From Sutterella sp. (GTDB lineage: Bacteria > Pseudomonadota > Gammaproteobacteria > Burkholderiales > Burkholderiaceae_F), in the NCBI RefSeq assembly GCF_030539355.1, contig NZ_JAUNSF010000005.1:3011-67010 (forward strand): a stretch of 64,000 nt of DNA, given 5' to 3'. Under the pieces are notes generated by a model. The model searched no databases. It was not told the DNA's origin and worked only from the letters and a program-made list of their open reading frames with translations. Positions 36,135-45,101 of this stretch are shown here, in pieces (position 1 is the stretch's first letter; each line of letters starts with the position of its first letter). The position numbers and the translations under genes are program-made.

Positions 36135-37649
36135 TCACTTCGCCATGTCCGCGACCGCGGAGAGGGCGGCGTGGCGGCCCGACCAGGACGACCACCCGAA
36201 GGAGTGGCCGGAGGTCCAGACGGCGTACGTGTCGCCGTAGAGCGGGCCCACGTCCACGCCGGCGGCGTAGAGGCCGGGGATGGGCTTGCGGTCAGGCGTC
36301 ACGACGTGGAAGTCCGGGTCGATGCGGATGCCGCCGAGCGAGGTGTAGTGGAAGGGGAAGAGCTTCACGGCGTAGAAGGTCGAGCCCTCGAGCGTGCGGA
36401 GGTACTTGCGGGACTTGCCGAAGTCGAGGTCGTGACCGTCCTTCGCAAAGCCGTTGTACTCGGCGACGGTGGCCCTGAGGCTCTCGGCCGGGACGCCGAT
36501 CTTCGCGGCGAGGGCGTCGAGCGACTCGGCGCTCACGAAGGTCGAGTTCCCCGCGTCAAGCGCGGCCTTGATCTCGTCCTTGAGCTTCGGGAGCTTGTCG
36601 AGCACCGGCACGATCACGCCGATGCCGTTGTCGATGCCGGCCCTCTGCACGTACTCGATCGAGTTGTTGTCCCAGATCGCCCAGGCGGTGCTGCCGCGCT
36701 GCGCGCCGATGGCGTTGCCGCCGTTCGGGAAGCTGAAGGCCTGCGTCTCGTCGACGAAGCGGCTGCCCTCGGCGTTGACCCACATGTTGAAGGGCTGCCA
36801 GGCCATGCAGTAGAGCGCGCCCGGGAACTCGATGCCCTTGCCCTCGATGCCCGCGTGGAGCATGAGCAGCATCGGCGTCTTGTCGGCGCCCGCCTTCCAG
36901 GCCATCTCGATCCCGTCGCCGGTCTTGTTGAGGGGCACCGAGGCCTTGAAGACCTCGGGGTCGAGGCCGAGCCAGTCGCGGACCTTCTCCTTGGAGTTGC
37001 CGAAGCCGCCCGTGGCGATGATCGTGGCCTTGCTCTTCACGGTGACCGTGTCGCCGTTCTTCTTCGTGGCCTTGACGCCCACCACGCGGCCGTCCTCCTT
37101 GATGAGCTCGGTCACCGGGGTGTTCGTCATGATCCTGACGCCGCGCTCGAGGGCGGCGTCGCGCAGGCACTGGATGTAGGCGGCGCCGTGCTCGGAATTC
37201 TTGTACTTCTGCACGACGTGCCAGGTCGGGGCGTCATGCGGGGTCATCTGGATCGGATCGAAGTCCATGCCGAACTGGTGCAGCCACTCGAGGTTCCCCG
37301 CGGACCCCCAGACGTAGCGGCGCGTGAGCTCCGGGTCGGCCTTGAAGTGGGAGTAGTTCATGAGATACTGGAAGGCTTCCTCGCGGGTGATGCCGATGCT
37401 CTTGCCGCGCTGCCAGCTGCTCTCGACGGCAAAGAGTCCCTCGGCGGCGTTCGCGCCGCCGCCAACGAAGCCGTTCTTCTCGAGCACGATGACCGTGCGG
37501 CCCTTCTCGGCGGCCTGCACGGCCGCGGGCATGCCGGCGGCGCCGCCGCCGATGACGACGAGGTCGGCCGAGAGCTCAAGGTTTTCAGCGGAGGCCGTGA
37601 GCGCGAAGGTGCTCAGAACGGCTGCGGCAAGAAGCGTGTGCTTCGTCAT
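36135..37649 (-). CDS. exported FAD-dependent oxidoreductase (fumarate reductase/succinate dehydrogenase flavoprotein-like, soluble reductase type)
   Basis: 504 aa. Signal MTKHTLLAAAVLSTFALTASA, dinucleotide fold DLVVIGGGAAGMPAAVQAAEKG, C-terminal ..PIPGLYAAGVDVG... Confidence 0.85.
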   Translation of the reverse strand: MTKHTLLAAAVLSTFALTASAENLELSADLVVIGGGAAGMPAAVQAAEKGRTVIVLEKNGFVGGGANAAEGLFAVESSWQRGKSIGITREEAFQYLMNYSHFKADPELTRRYVWGSAGNLEWLHQFGMDFDPIQMTPHDAPTWHVVQKYKNSEHGAAYIQCLRDAALERGVRIMTNTPVTELIKEDGRVVGVKATKKNGDTVTVKSKATIIATGGFGNSKEKVRDWLGLDPEVFKASVPLNKTGDGIEMAWKAGADKTPMLLMLHAGIEGKGIEFPGALYCMAWQPFNMWVNAEGSRFVDETQAFSFPNGGNAIGAQRGSTAWAIWDNNSIEYVQRAGIDNGIGVIVPVLDKLPKLKDEIKAALDAGNSTFVSAESLDALAAKIGVPAESLRATVAEYNGFAKDGHDLDFGKSRKYLRTLEGSTFYAVKLFPFHYTSLGGIRIDPDFHVVTPDRKPIPGLYAAGVDVGPLYGDTYAVWTSGHSFGWSSWSGRHAALSAVADMAK

Positions 37650-37924
37650 GGTCTTCTCCTTGGAATTTGTGCGAAAAGGGCGGTGAGCCCGCAGTTCGGA
37701 CTGCGCCGTCCGGGTGGTCCGGCCCGCGGCGCTTCTCCGGTGTTTCCCGGGGCTTTCCTGCTGAAGAGAAATTTATTTCACCCCTCTGGGGAAGGGAAGG
37801 GCGCGAATGTTGCCCGGGCGACGTTTCGGGAGCCGTTCGCGCGAAAACGTTGGCCAGGCAACACTTCGAGGCCGTAAGATAGGCCGCAGTGATCCGTTCA
37901 GAGTGTCCCGTCCTGAAGGAGTGA

Positions 37925-38668
37925 ATGAGCATGCGTCAGGTGTTTCTCGAGAGTCCGTGGATTCATCCCGAGGAGCCTGAGCGCCTGCGGGCGCTTTTCA
38001 CGACCTACGGCCAGCGGAAGTCCGTGAAGGCCGGCACGGCGCTGCCGCACGGGACGCACGGAGCGTACGTGGGCCTGCTCTTGAAGGGCCTCGGCGCCTT
38101 CCGCTTCACCGACGCGGGCGGGCGCTCCCACATCTTCGCGGTGATTCTCCCCGGGCGCGTCTTCGGGGACCTCGACGCCCTGACGCGGAGCCGCCTCAAT
38201 CTGCAGGGCCTCGTCATCCGCAATTCCGAGGTGGCGCTTCTCACGCGCTCGCGCTGGGAGGAGCTGATCGACGCGGATCCGGGGTTGCTCAAGCTCTACA
38301 CGAAGCACGCGATCGCCAAGCAGGAGGCCCACATGGAGGGCATGATCGCGAACTTCACGATGAGCCTGCCCGCGAGGCTGCGGGCGCTGCTGAGGTCGCT
38401 GATCTCGTCCTGCTACACCGTGAAGCCCGACGACTGGAACCCGCTGCCCGTCAAGCTCACCGTCACCGAGATGAGCGAGGTCGTGGCCGCGAACCGCTCC
38501 TCGGTGAGCCTGCAGCTCTCGGCCTGGATTGACGAGGGGCTCATCCGCCGCGACGGCCGGATGCTCATCGTCCACGGGAAGCTCCTCACCGACATCTACG
38601 ACTGGCAGACGGGTGTCGCCCCGGACGACCCGGCGATCTCGGACCCGCCGCTCTTCCTCGAGGACTGA
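37925..38668 (+). CDS. Crp/Fnr family transcriptional regulator
   Basis: 247 aa. cNMP-binding-like beta-roll (..GLLLKGLGAFRFTDAGGRSHIFAVILPGRVFGD..) and C-terminal HTH (..LTVTEMSEVVAANRSSVSLQLSAW..). GAAGGAG RBS. Confidence 0.85.
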   Translation: MSMRQVFLESPWIHPEEPERLRALFTTYGQRKSVKAGTALPHGTHGAYVGLLLKGLGAFRFTDAGGRSHIFAVILPGRVFGDLDALTRSRLNLQGLVIRNSEVALLTRSRWEELIDADPGLLKLYTKHAIAKQEAHMEGMIANFTMSLPARLRALLRSLISSCYTVKPDDWNPLPVKLTVTEMSEVVAANRSSVSLQLSAWIDEGLIRRDGRMLIVHGKLLTDIYDWQTGVAPDDPAISDPPLFLED

Positions 38669-38743
38669 AGCGGACGCCGGAAATGAACGATGCCGGCCTG
38701 ACGAGTCAGACCGGCACCGTGAGAAAAGGGCGGTTCGCGGGAA

Positions 38744-39394
38744 TCAGCGAGCGTCACGCAGGCGCCTGCGTTTGCCCGGGAGCCCCGCCATCCAGGGGAA
38801 GGCGGCCTCGTGCCTCGCGCGGAAGGCCTCGATCTCATCCATCTCGGAGAGCGTCGCGTCGGTCATGTCCTGCCCGAGGAGCAGCATCTGGCGGTGGCGC
38901 GGGGCGATTGCGAAGTCCCATTCCTTCTGTCCGTCCTTCGTGCGGATCTTCTTCGCCTCGAGATCAACGAGGAGCTCGACGGGCTCGGTCTCGGAGACGC
39001 TCTCGAGAATCTCGCGGCCGGCCTCCGGGGTGACGCGCGCGGCGAGGAGCCCATTGTTGAAGCAGTTCGAGTAGAAGATCTCGCCGAAGGAGGGCGCGAT
39101 CACGGCACGGATGCCGTACTGGAGCAGCCCCCAGACGGCGTGCTCGCGGCTCGAGCCGCAGCCGAAGTTGGGGCCGCAGACGAGGATGCGCGTCTCCTCG
39201 AACCCGGGGCGGTTCAGAACGCACTCGGGGCGGGGCCTGCCCTCCGCGTCCATGCGGAGGTTCCAGAAGAGTCCGGCGCCGAGCCCCGACTTGTCGATGC
39301 CGCGCAGGAACTGCTTGGGCATCAGCTGGTCGGTGTCGAGGTTGTCCATCGGCAGGGGCGCCGCGACGGCGGTGAGGGCGGTGAATTTTTCCAT
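38744..39394 (-). CDS. leuD: 3-isopropylmalate dehydratase small subunit (LeuD type)
   Basis: 216 aa. ..NLDTDQLMPKQFL..GPNFGCGSSREHAVWGL..VIAPSFGEIFYSNCFNNGLL.. is collinear with E. coli LeuD. Confidence 0.85.
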   Translation of the reverse strand: MEKFTALTAVAAPLPMDNLDTDQLMPKQFLRGIDKSGLGAGLFWNLRMDAEGRPRPECVLNRPGFEETRILVCGPNFGCGSSREHAVWGLLQYGIRAVIAPSFGEIFYSNCFNNGLLAARVTPEAGREILESVSETEPVELLVDLEAKKIRTKDGQKEWDFAIAPRHRQMLLLGQDMTDATLSEMDEIEAFRARHEAAFPWMAGLPGKRRRLRDAR

Positions 39395-39413
39395 TTCAGT
39401 TCTCCCTTTCGCC

Positions 39414-40838
39414 TCAGAGGCGCTCGATGGTGCGCGGGTCGGTGATGAAGCCGGTGACGGCCGCGGCGGCGGCGCTCTCCGGGCTCATCAGGTGCGTGCG
39501 GGCGCCGCGCCCCTGGCGGCCCTCGAAGTTGCGGTTCGTGGTCGAGGCGCAGCGGACGCCCTCGCCGAGGATGTCGCCGTTCATGGCGAGGCAGAGCGTG
39601 CAGCCGCTCTTGCGCCACTCGAAGCCGGCGTCCTTGAAGATGCGGTCAAGCCCCATCGCCTCGGCCTCGCGGCGCACGCGCATGGAGCCCGGCATCACCT
39701 GGGCGCGCACGCCCGGCGCGACGTGGCGGCCCTTCAGGATCTCGGCGGCGGCGATGAGGTCCGGCAGACGCGCGTTCGTGCAGGAGCCGATGAAGACATG
39801 GTCGATCTTCACGCCCGCCATCGTGCGGCCGGGCTCGAGCCCCTGGTAGGCAAGGCCGCGCACGGCGGCGGCATGAGCGATCGGGTCCGTGAAGGAACCG
39901 GGCTCGGGGATCGGCTCGTCGATCCGCGTCGCCTGGTCCGGGCTCGTGCCCCAGGTGGTCATGGGGGCGACCGCCGAGGCGTCGATCACGACCTCGCGCT
40001 CGAACTTCGCGCCCGGGTCGGAGAAGAGGGTCTTCGAGTGCTCCGCCATCGCCTCGTACTCGGCCTCGGTCATCCCCTCCGCGTGGGCCTTCACCCAGGC
40101 GAGGGTCTTTTCGTCCGGCGCGATCACCGCGCCGCGGGCGCCCGCCTCGACCGTGAGGTTGCAGAGCGTCATGCGCCCCTCGACGGGAAGCGCCGAGACG
40201 GCGCTGCCGCAGTATTCAACGACCCGACCGAGCGCGCCCCTGGCGGAGACGGTGCGCAGCACCGTGAGGGCGAGGTCCTTCGGCGTGCTCCCCGGCGGGA
40301 GTTCGCCCGTGATCTCGATCCTCATGAAGCCCGGGAGCCTGTAGACAAGAGTCTGCGTGGCGAGGATGTGCTCGATCTCCGAGGTGCCGATGCCGAAGCC
40401 GAGCGCCCCCAGCGCGCCGTGGGTCGTCGTGTGGCTGTCGCCGCATATGACGACCATTCCGGGGCGCACGAGACCCTGCTCGTCCATCAGCACGTGCTCG
40501 ACGCCCTGGTCGGGGTCGTCCGGCCCGTAGAAGGCGTCGATGCCGTTCTCGAGGCAGTTCGCCTTGAGGGTCTCGGCCTGCCTCAGGCTCGCCGCGTCGC
40601 GGATGAGGCGCGGGCTCTCGTCAATGCTCGGGATGATGTGGTCGACGACGCAGAGGTGGGCGTCCGGGACGGCGGCGCGCACGCCGCGGGCCTTCATGCC
40701 GGCGAAGGCCTGGGGCGAGGTGTACTCGTTCGCGAAGTGCGTGTCGCAGTAGAGGAGCACAGTCTCGGCGTCAATGCGCTTCACCGTGTGGGTGTCAATG
40801 ATCTTCTGCGCAAGGGTTCTCGGAGTCGCTTCGGTCAT
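39414..40838 (-). CDS. leuC: 3-isopropylmalate dehydratase large subunit (LeuC type, aconitase family)
   Basis: 474 aa. CGDSHTTTHGALGALGFGIGTSE, GSCTNARLPDL, CTLCLAMNGD, ASTTNRNFEGRQG (Fe-S ligand motifs). Confidence 0.88.
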   Translation of the reverse strand: MTEATPRTLAQKIIDTHTVKRIDAETVLLYCDTHFANEYTSPQAFAGMKARGVRAAVPDAHLCVVDHIIPSIDESPRLIRDAASLRQAETLKANCLENGIDAFYGPDDPDQGVEHVLMDEQGLVRPGMVVICGDSHTTTHGALGALGFGIGTSEIEHILATQTLVYRLPGFMRIEITGELPPGSTPKDLALTVLRTVSARGALGRVVEYCGSAVSALPVEGRMTLCNLTVEAGARGAVIAPDEKTLAWVKAHAEGMTEAEYEAMAEHSKTLFSDPGAKFEREVVIDASAVAPMTTWGTSPDQATRIDEPIPEPGSFTDPIAHAAAVRGLAYQGLEPGRTMAGVKIDHVFIGSCTNARLPDLIAAAEILKGRHVAPGVRAQVMPGSMRVRREAEAMGLDRIFKDAGFEWRKSGCTLCLAMNGDILGEGVRCASTTNRNFEGRQGRGARTHLMSPESAAAAAVTGFITDPRTIERL

Positions 40839-40926
40839 GGGGTTCGCTCTTCTTTTATGGTCCTTGTGATGTTCCTCAGCGGGGCCCGCGTCTCCTCCGC
40901 GTGCCCCGGTTCCCTGAAGTATGCCG

Positions 40927-42129
40927 TTATTCCCAGCCGCGGACGTGCTCTATAACGTCGACGATATGGCCGTCACGCACGAGGAGCAGATGCGCGTAGG
41001 GCGCGACCGTCGGGCAGGCGTGGTTCGGGAGAATGCGCAGCCTCAGGCCCACGGGGAAGTGCTCCTGGGCGAGATCGGTGCCCTCGGGGATCGTGATGAT
41101 GCCGTGCTCCTGGTTCGTGCCGGTGAGGAGGAGCTTGTCGCCCTCGACGGGCTCGCCGTTCATCAGGCAGACGACGCCGTACTGGTAGTCCTTCTTCTGG
41201 CGCTGCGTGCCGCGGTCGCGCGACATCGCAAGGAATCCCGAGTCGGTGATCACGCGGTTCTTCGCCGTCTGGCGGCCGATCACGGTCGTGAGGACCGATC
41301 CGGCGATCTCGTCCATCGAGCAGGCGCCGACGTTCGTCATGAAGAGGTCGAAGAGGGCGCAGACGCCCGCGCGGATCTCGGTGACGCCTTCCTCGCTCTC
41401 GGCGAACATCAGGGTCGGCGTGGAGCCGAGCGAAACGATGTCGATCAAGAAACCCTCGGCGCGCAGGCGCTCCGCGGCGCGCACGATGCCGGCGCGCTCG
41501 GCCTCGGCGGCCTCGCGGATGGCGTCAATGGTCTTGCACTCGTAGCTGTCGCCCGCGTGGGTGAGGACGCCCACGAGCTTCGCGCCGTTCGTGAGGGCGC
41601 GCGCGGCCTTGAGGAGGTCCTCGGACTCGGGCTGGATGCCCGAGCGGTGCCCGTCCACATCGACCTCGAGGAGCACGGGGATCTCAACGTCCTTCACCAT
41701 GCAGTAGTCGGAGACGAGGCGCGCGGCCTCCTCGCTGTCGAGGATGATCTTGAGGTCGCACCCGAGCGCGCGGATGCGCTCGACCTCGGCGAGCTTCTGC
41801 GGCGCGATGCCGACGGCGTAGATGAGGTCCTTCACACCGTTCGCGGCGAAGTAGCGCGCCTCGGCGAGGGTGGAGACCGTGGCCGGTCCCTCGGGGGAGA
41901 CCATCTGGCGGCGGGCGATCTTGATCGACTTGTGGGTCTTCAGGTGGGGTCTGAGCGTGACGCCGAGCGCTTTGGCACGGGCCTTCGCGCGCTCAAGGTT
42001 CGCCTCGAGTTTGCGGTCGTCGATGATGAAGGAGGGCGTCGGCACGCGCGGGTCGTCAAGCGTGAGACCGATCAGGCTCTCGGCGGGAGCGGGGGCGAAG
42101 CCCTCGATGGGATAGGTGAGGTCAGACAT
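40927..42129 (-). CDS. DSD1-family PLP enzyme (D-serine dehydratase-like / D-threonine aldolase / D-3-hydroxyaspartate dehydratase family)
   Basis: 400 aa. Alanine-racemase-N fold with LRPHLKTHKS (PLP Lys) and a C-terminal D-serine-dehydratase-like domain (..LRILPNHACPT..). Confidence 0.8.
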   Translation of the reverse strand: MSDLTYPIEGFAPAPAESLIGLTLDDPRVPTPSFIIDDRKLEANLERAKARAKALGVTLRPHLKTHKSIKIARRQMVSPEGPATVSTLAEARYFAANGVKDLIYAVGIAPQKLAEVERIRALGCDLKIILDSEEAARLVSDYCMVKDVEIPVLLEVDVDGHRSGIQPESEDLLKAARALTNGAKLVGVLTHAGDSYECKTIDAIREAAEAERAGIVRAAERLRAEGFLIDIVSLGSTPTLMFAESEEGVTEIRAGVCALFDLFMTNVGACSMDEIAGSVLTTVIGRQTAKNRVITDSGFLAMSRDRGTQRQKKDYQYGVVCLMNGEPVEGDKLLLTGTNQEHGIITIPEGTDLAQEHFPVGLRLRILPNHACPTVAPYAHLLLVRDGHIVDVIEHVRGWE

Positions 42130-42380
42130 GGATCAGCTCCGGAATGTCCATTGTGAGGAAGTTCTGTAGAAAAAATTCTACCACGTCGCAGCTAAAATTG
42201 TTCTCATTGAAATCTATGAAAAATTAAGGGTTCCTTTGCGTGTCGAAACAGGTGCGGATCTCCCGCTCGAGCATCGGTCGGACTTGACGCATAGAATTTT
42301 TTATGGAAGAATGCAGGTCATCGGGAAATTCTTCCAAGGCTCCCGGCCTTCGTTCCACCAGCGAATTCCTCCTTCTAGCC

Positions 42381-43247
42381 ATGACCGCCTCCTCCAAAGC
42401 AAAAGCCACGCCTCGCGAAACCGCACAGGCCGCGCTCTTCGCGCCCTGGCGGGCCGTCGCGGAACTCGTCGCCCGCGTGGGCGGCCCCGACTGCGAGACG
42501 GTGCTCCATGATCTCTCGGATCCCGTGCACTCGGTGATCTACGTCGTCAACGGCCACGTCACCGGCCGCGCGCCCGGGCAGGGCTTCCGCCACCTCGTCG
42601 CGGAGATGCTCCGCGACGCCGCGGCGAACCCCGAGGGCAGGGATCTCCTGAATGACTGGTGGTTCCGCCACGAGGGCAGGCTCATCCGCTCGATGACGCT
42701 CCTCATCCGCGGCGCGTCGGGCGAGCTCGCCGGCGCCCTCTGCGTCAACCATGACGTGAGCGCGGGCGAGGCGGCCTTCAGGACCCTGAAACAGCTTTTA
42801 CCGGGGCTCTCGAGCGTGAGTCCTGTTTTTTCTTCCGAAGAGGGCGTGGTCACGGTCCCGGCCGCTCCGGCCCGGGAGGTTGCGGCGGCACCGCAGACGG
42901 ACGGCGCCTTCATCGCGCCCCGCGAGAGCGTGCCTGACGCGGTCTTCCGCCTGATCGACCGCATCGTCGCGGACGCCGACGCGAAGGAGAACCGGGGCGA
43001 GGCGCCGCGGTCCCGCGAGGCAAGGCTCGCGCTCATCGCCTTCATGGAGGAGCGCGGCGTGTTCCTCGTGAAGGGCGCGATCGAGCGCGCGGCACTGCGC
43101 CTCGGCGTCTCCAAGGTCACGGTCTACAGCGACCTTGATCAGCTGAGGCGCGATAAGCCCGGTCAGGAAGGAAGCAAAGTCACCAAGCCCGCGCGCAAGC
43201 GTCCGGGCGATGAAAAACCGAACAAATCCACCAAAAAAGATCACTGA
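42381..43247 (+). CDS. YheO/DauR-like transcriptional regulator (PAS-like + C-terminal HTH)
   Basis: ORF 42303..43247; start is uncertain (Met 42381 used). ..CETVLHDLSDPVHSVIYVVNGHVTGR..GALCVNHDVS.. is the YheO-like domain. C-terminal ..LGVSKVTVYSDL.. is the HTH. Confidence 0.7.
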   Translation: MTASSKAKATPRETAQAALFAPWRAVAELVARVGGPDCETVLHDLSDPVHSVIYVVNGHVTGRAPGQGFRHLVAEMLRDAAANPEGRDLLNDWWFRHEGRLIRSMTLLIRGASGELAGALCVNHDVSAGEAAFRTLKQLLPGLSSVSPVFSSEEGVVTVPAAPAREVAAAPQTDGAFIAPRESVPDAVFRLIDRIVADADAKENRGEAPRSREARLALIAFMEERGVFLVKGAIERAALRLGVSKVTVYSDLDQLRRDKPGQEGSKVTKPARKRPGDEKPNKSTKKDH

Positions 43248-43283
43248 ACGATCTTTGACAAACATTCAAGGGGAAAGACCAAT

Positions 43284-43664
43284 ATGAAATTCATTGACCC
43301 AGGCTTCAAGGGGGAGAACCCCGGCCACTACAGCGCCGCCGTCGTCTCGAAGGGCATGCTCTACGTCTCCGGGCAGCTCTCCATCGACCCGGACACGCGC
43401 GTGCCCTGCCAGGGCGACATCCGTGCGCACGCCCGTCAGGCGCTCGCGAACCTCGACCGGGTGCTGAAGGCCGCGAACTGCCGCCGTGACCAGGTCGTGT
43501 TCTGCCGCGTCTACACCCCGTCGAACGAATACTGGGGCCCGATCAACGTCGAGTACGCGGCGTTCTTCGGCGACCACCGCCCCGGCCGCGTCGTCGTCTC
43601 CACGACGCCGCTCCACTTCAACTGTCTCGTCGAAATCGAAGCCATCGCTGAACTTGAGGGGTAA
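43284..43664 (+). CDS. RidA/YjgF family enamine-imine deaminase
   Basis: 126 aa. ..HYSAAVVSKGMLYVSGQLSIDPDT..ARQALANLDRVLKAA..VEIEAIA. Confidence 0.9.
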   Translation: MKFIDPGFKGENPGHYSAAVVSKGMLYVSGQLSIDPDTRVPCQGDIRAHARQALANLDRVLKAANCRRDQVVFCRVYTPSNEYWGPINVEYAAFFGDHRPGRVVVSTTPLHFNCLVEIEAIAELEG

Positions 43665-43670
43665 CTGAAC

Positions 43671-44768
43671 ATGCTGAACTTCGTCTGCACCTGCTGCGGC
43701 AAGCACACCCCCGTCACCACCCGCGCGCCGAAGTGCGAATGCGGCGGCATCTTTGAACTCGACTACACGCCCCCGAAGTGGGACGCGTCGAAGATCGACA
43801 CCAAGGAGTGGAGCCTCTTCCGCTACCGCGAGTTCATGGCCGTCGAGGGCGACGCCTGGAAGAAGGTGACCCTCGGCGAGGGCATGACCCCGATCGTCGA
43901 GCTCGAGCCCGGCGTCTTCGTCAAGGTTGACTACGCGATGCCGACCCTCTCCTTCAAGGACCGCGGCGCCGCCGCGCTCGTCGCCCACATGAAGGCGATC
44001 GGCGTCGAGAAGTGCGTCCAGGACTCGAGCGGCAACGCCGGCAACTCGGTCGCGGCCTACTGCGCCCGCGCCGGCATCGCCTGCGAGATCTACGTCCCCG
44101 AGGGCACGAGCCCGAAGAAGATCGCGATGATCAAGGCCCACGGCGCCGGCGTGCACGTCATCCCCGGCAGCCGCGACCACTGCGCCGACGTCTGCCGCGA
44201 GCGCGTCGCGAAGGAAGGCGTCTACTACGCCAACCACGTCGTGAATCCCTTCTTCTACGAGGGCACGAAGACCTACATCTACGAGGCCTTCGAGCAGCTC
44301 GGCCGCATCCCCGACCACGTGATCCTGCCGCTCGGCAACGGCACGCTCTTCATCGGCGGCGTCAAGGCGCTCGAACACCTCTACGAGTCCGGCGCCATCC
44401 CGAAGTTCCCGAAGATCATTGCGCTGCAGAGCGAGCTCTGCAACCCGCTCGAGCGCGCCCGCGCCGAGGGTCTTGACCACGCCGCGGACGTGACGCCGCA
44501 GCCCACGATCGCCGAGGGCATCGCGATCGGCAAGCCCCTGCGCGACCGCGAGATCCTCGCGATGATGAAGAAGCACGACATCGCCTGCGTGACGGCCCCC
44601 GAGGACAAGCTCCTCGCCTGCCGCGAGCGCCTCGCCCGCCAGGGTCTCTACATCGAGCACACGACGGCCGCGAACTTCGCCGCCTGGGATCACTATCAGG
44701 AGCTCTACGGTCCCGCCTCCGACGTGCTGATCACGCTCTGCGGCGCCGGCATCAAGAGCGACCACTGA
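43671..44768 (+). CDS. threonine-synthase-like PLP-dependent enzyme with N-terminal Zn-ribbon
   Basis: 365 aa. CTCCGK..CECGG ribbon, PTLSFKDRGAA (PLP Lys), SSGNAGNSVAAYCARAG. Confidence 0.85.
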   Translation: MLNFVCTCCGKHTPVTTRAPKCECGGIFELDYTPPKWDASKIDTKEWSLFRYREFMAVEGDAWKKVTLGEGMTPIVELEPGVFVKVDYAMPTLSFKDRGAAALVAHMKAIGVEKCVQDSSGNAGNSVAAYCARAGIACEIYVPEGTSPKKIAMIKAHGAGVHVIPGSRDHCADVCRERVAKEGVYYANHVVNPFFYEGTKTYIYEAFEQLGRIPDHVILPLGNGTLFIGGVKALEHLYESGAIPKFPKIIALQSELCNPLERARAEGLDHAADVTPQPTIAEGIAIGKPLRDREILAMMKKHDIACVTAPEDKLLACRERLARQGLYIEHTTAANFAAWDHYQELYGPASDVLITLCGAGIKSDH

Positions 44769-44796
44769 TACCGCTGAGCCACTGATCTCCTGGAAG

Positions 44797-44844
44797 GAGC
44801 GCCCCGTCTGCCCCGAGCATGCAGACGGGGCGCTCGTCTTTTCT
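44797..44844 (+). terminator. strong rho-independent terminator
   Basis: Perfect 15-bp stem GAGCGCCCCGTCTGC (44797-44811) / GCAGACGGGGCGCTC (44821-44835) followed by GTCTTTTCT. Confidence 0.85.
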
Positions 44845-45101
44845 GGGGCCGTCGGATTTCCGCAGCCGTTGGTATACATGGAAAGCAAATGACTCTCCCG
44901 GAAGACGGAAATCCCCCGGGGGAACACTTCCGGCATTAAAGCGGATTTTCGCGGGATGGGGCGGATTTGTCGGATAAACCTATAATCCGCCGCGACGAAC
45001 GTCCCCGGGAACCGAGCGATGAAGACCTGAAGCTCGGAGGTTCCCGAAAATCCAGAATAAAACCGCGGGGGCGGGCCGCAGCGAAACAAGGAGAATTCGC
45101 G

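Noticed and set aside
43266-45089. 607-aa minus-strand ORF
   Set aside because: Antisense to well-supported RidA and ThrC-like genes. Its composition (R, G, D, E, A, V runs) is typical of shadow frames in high-GC DNA, and it crosses a strong + strand terminator.
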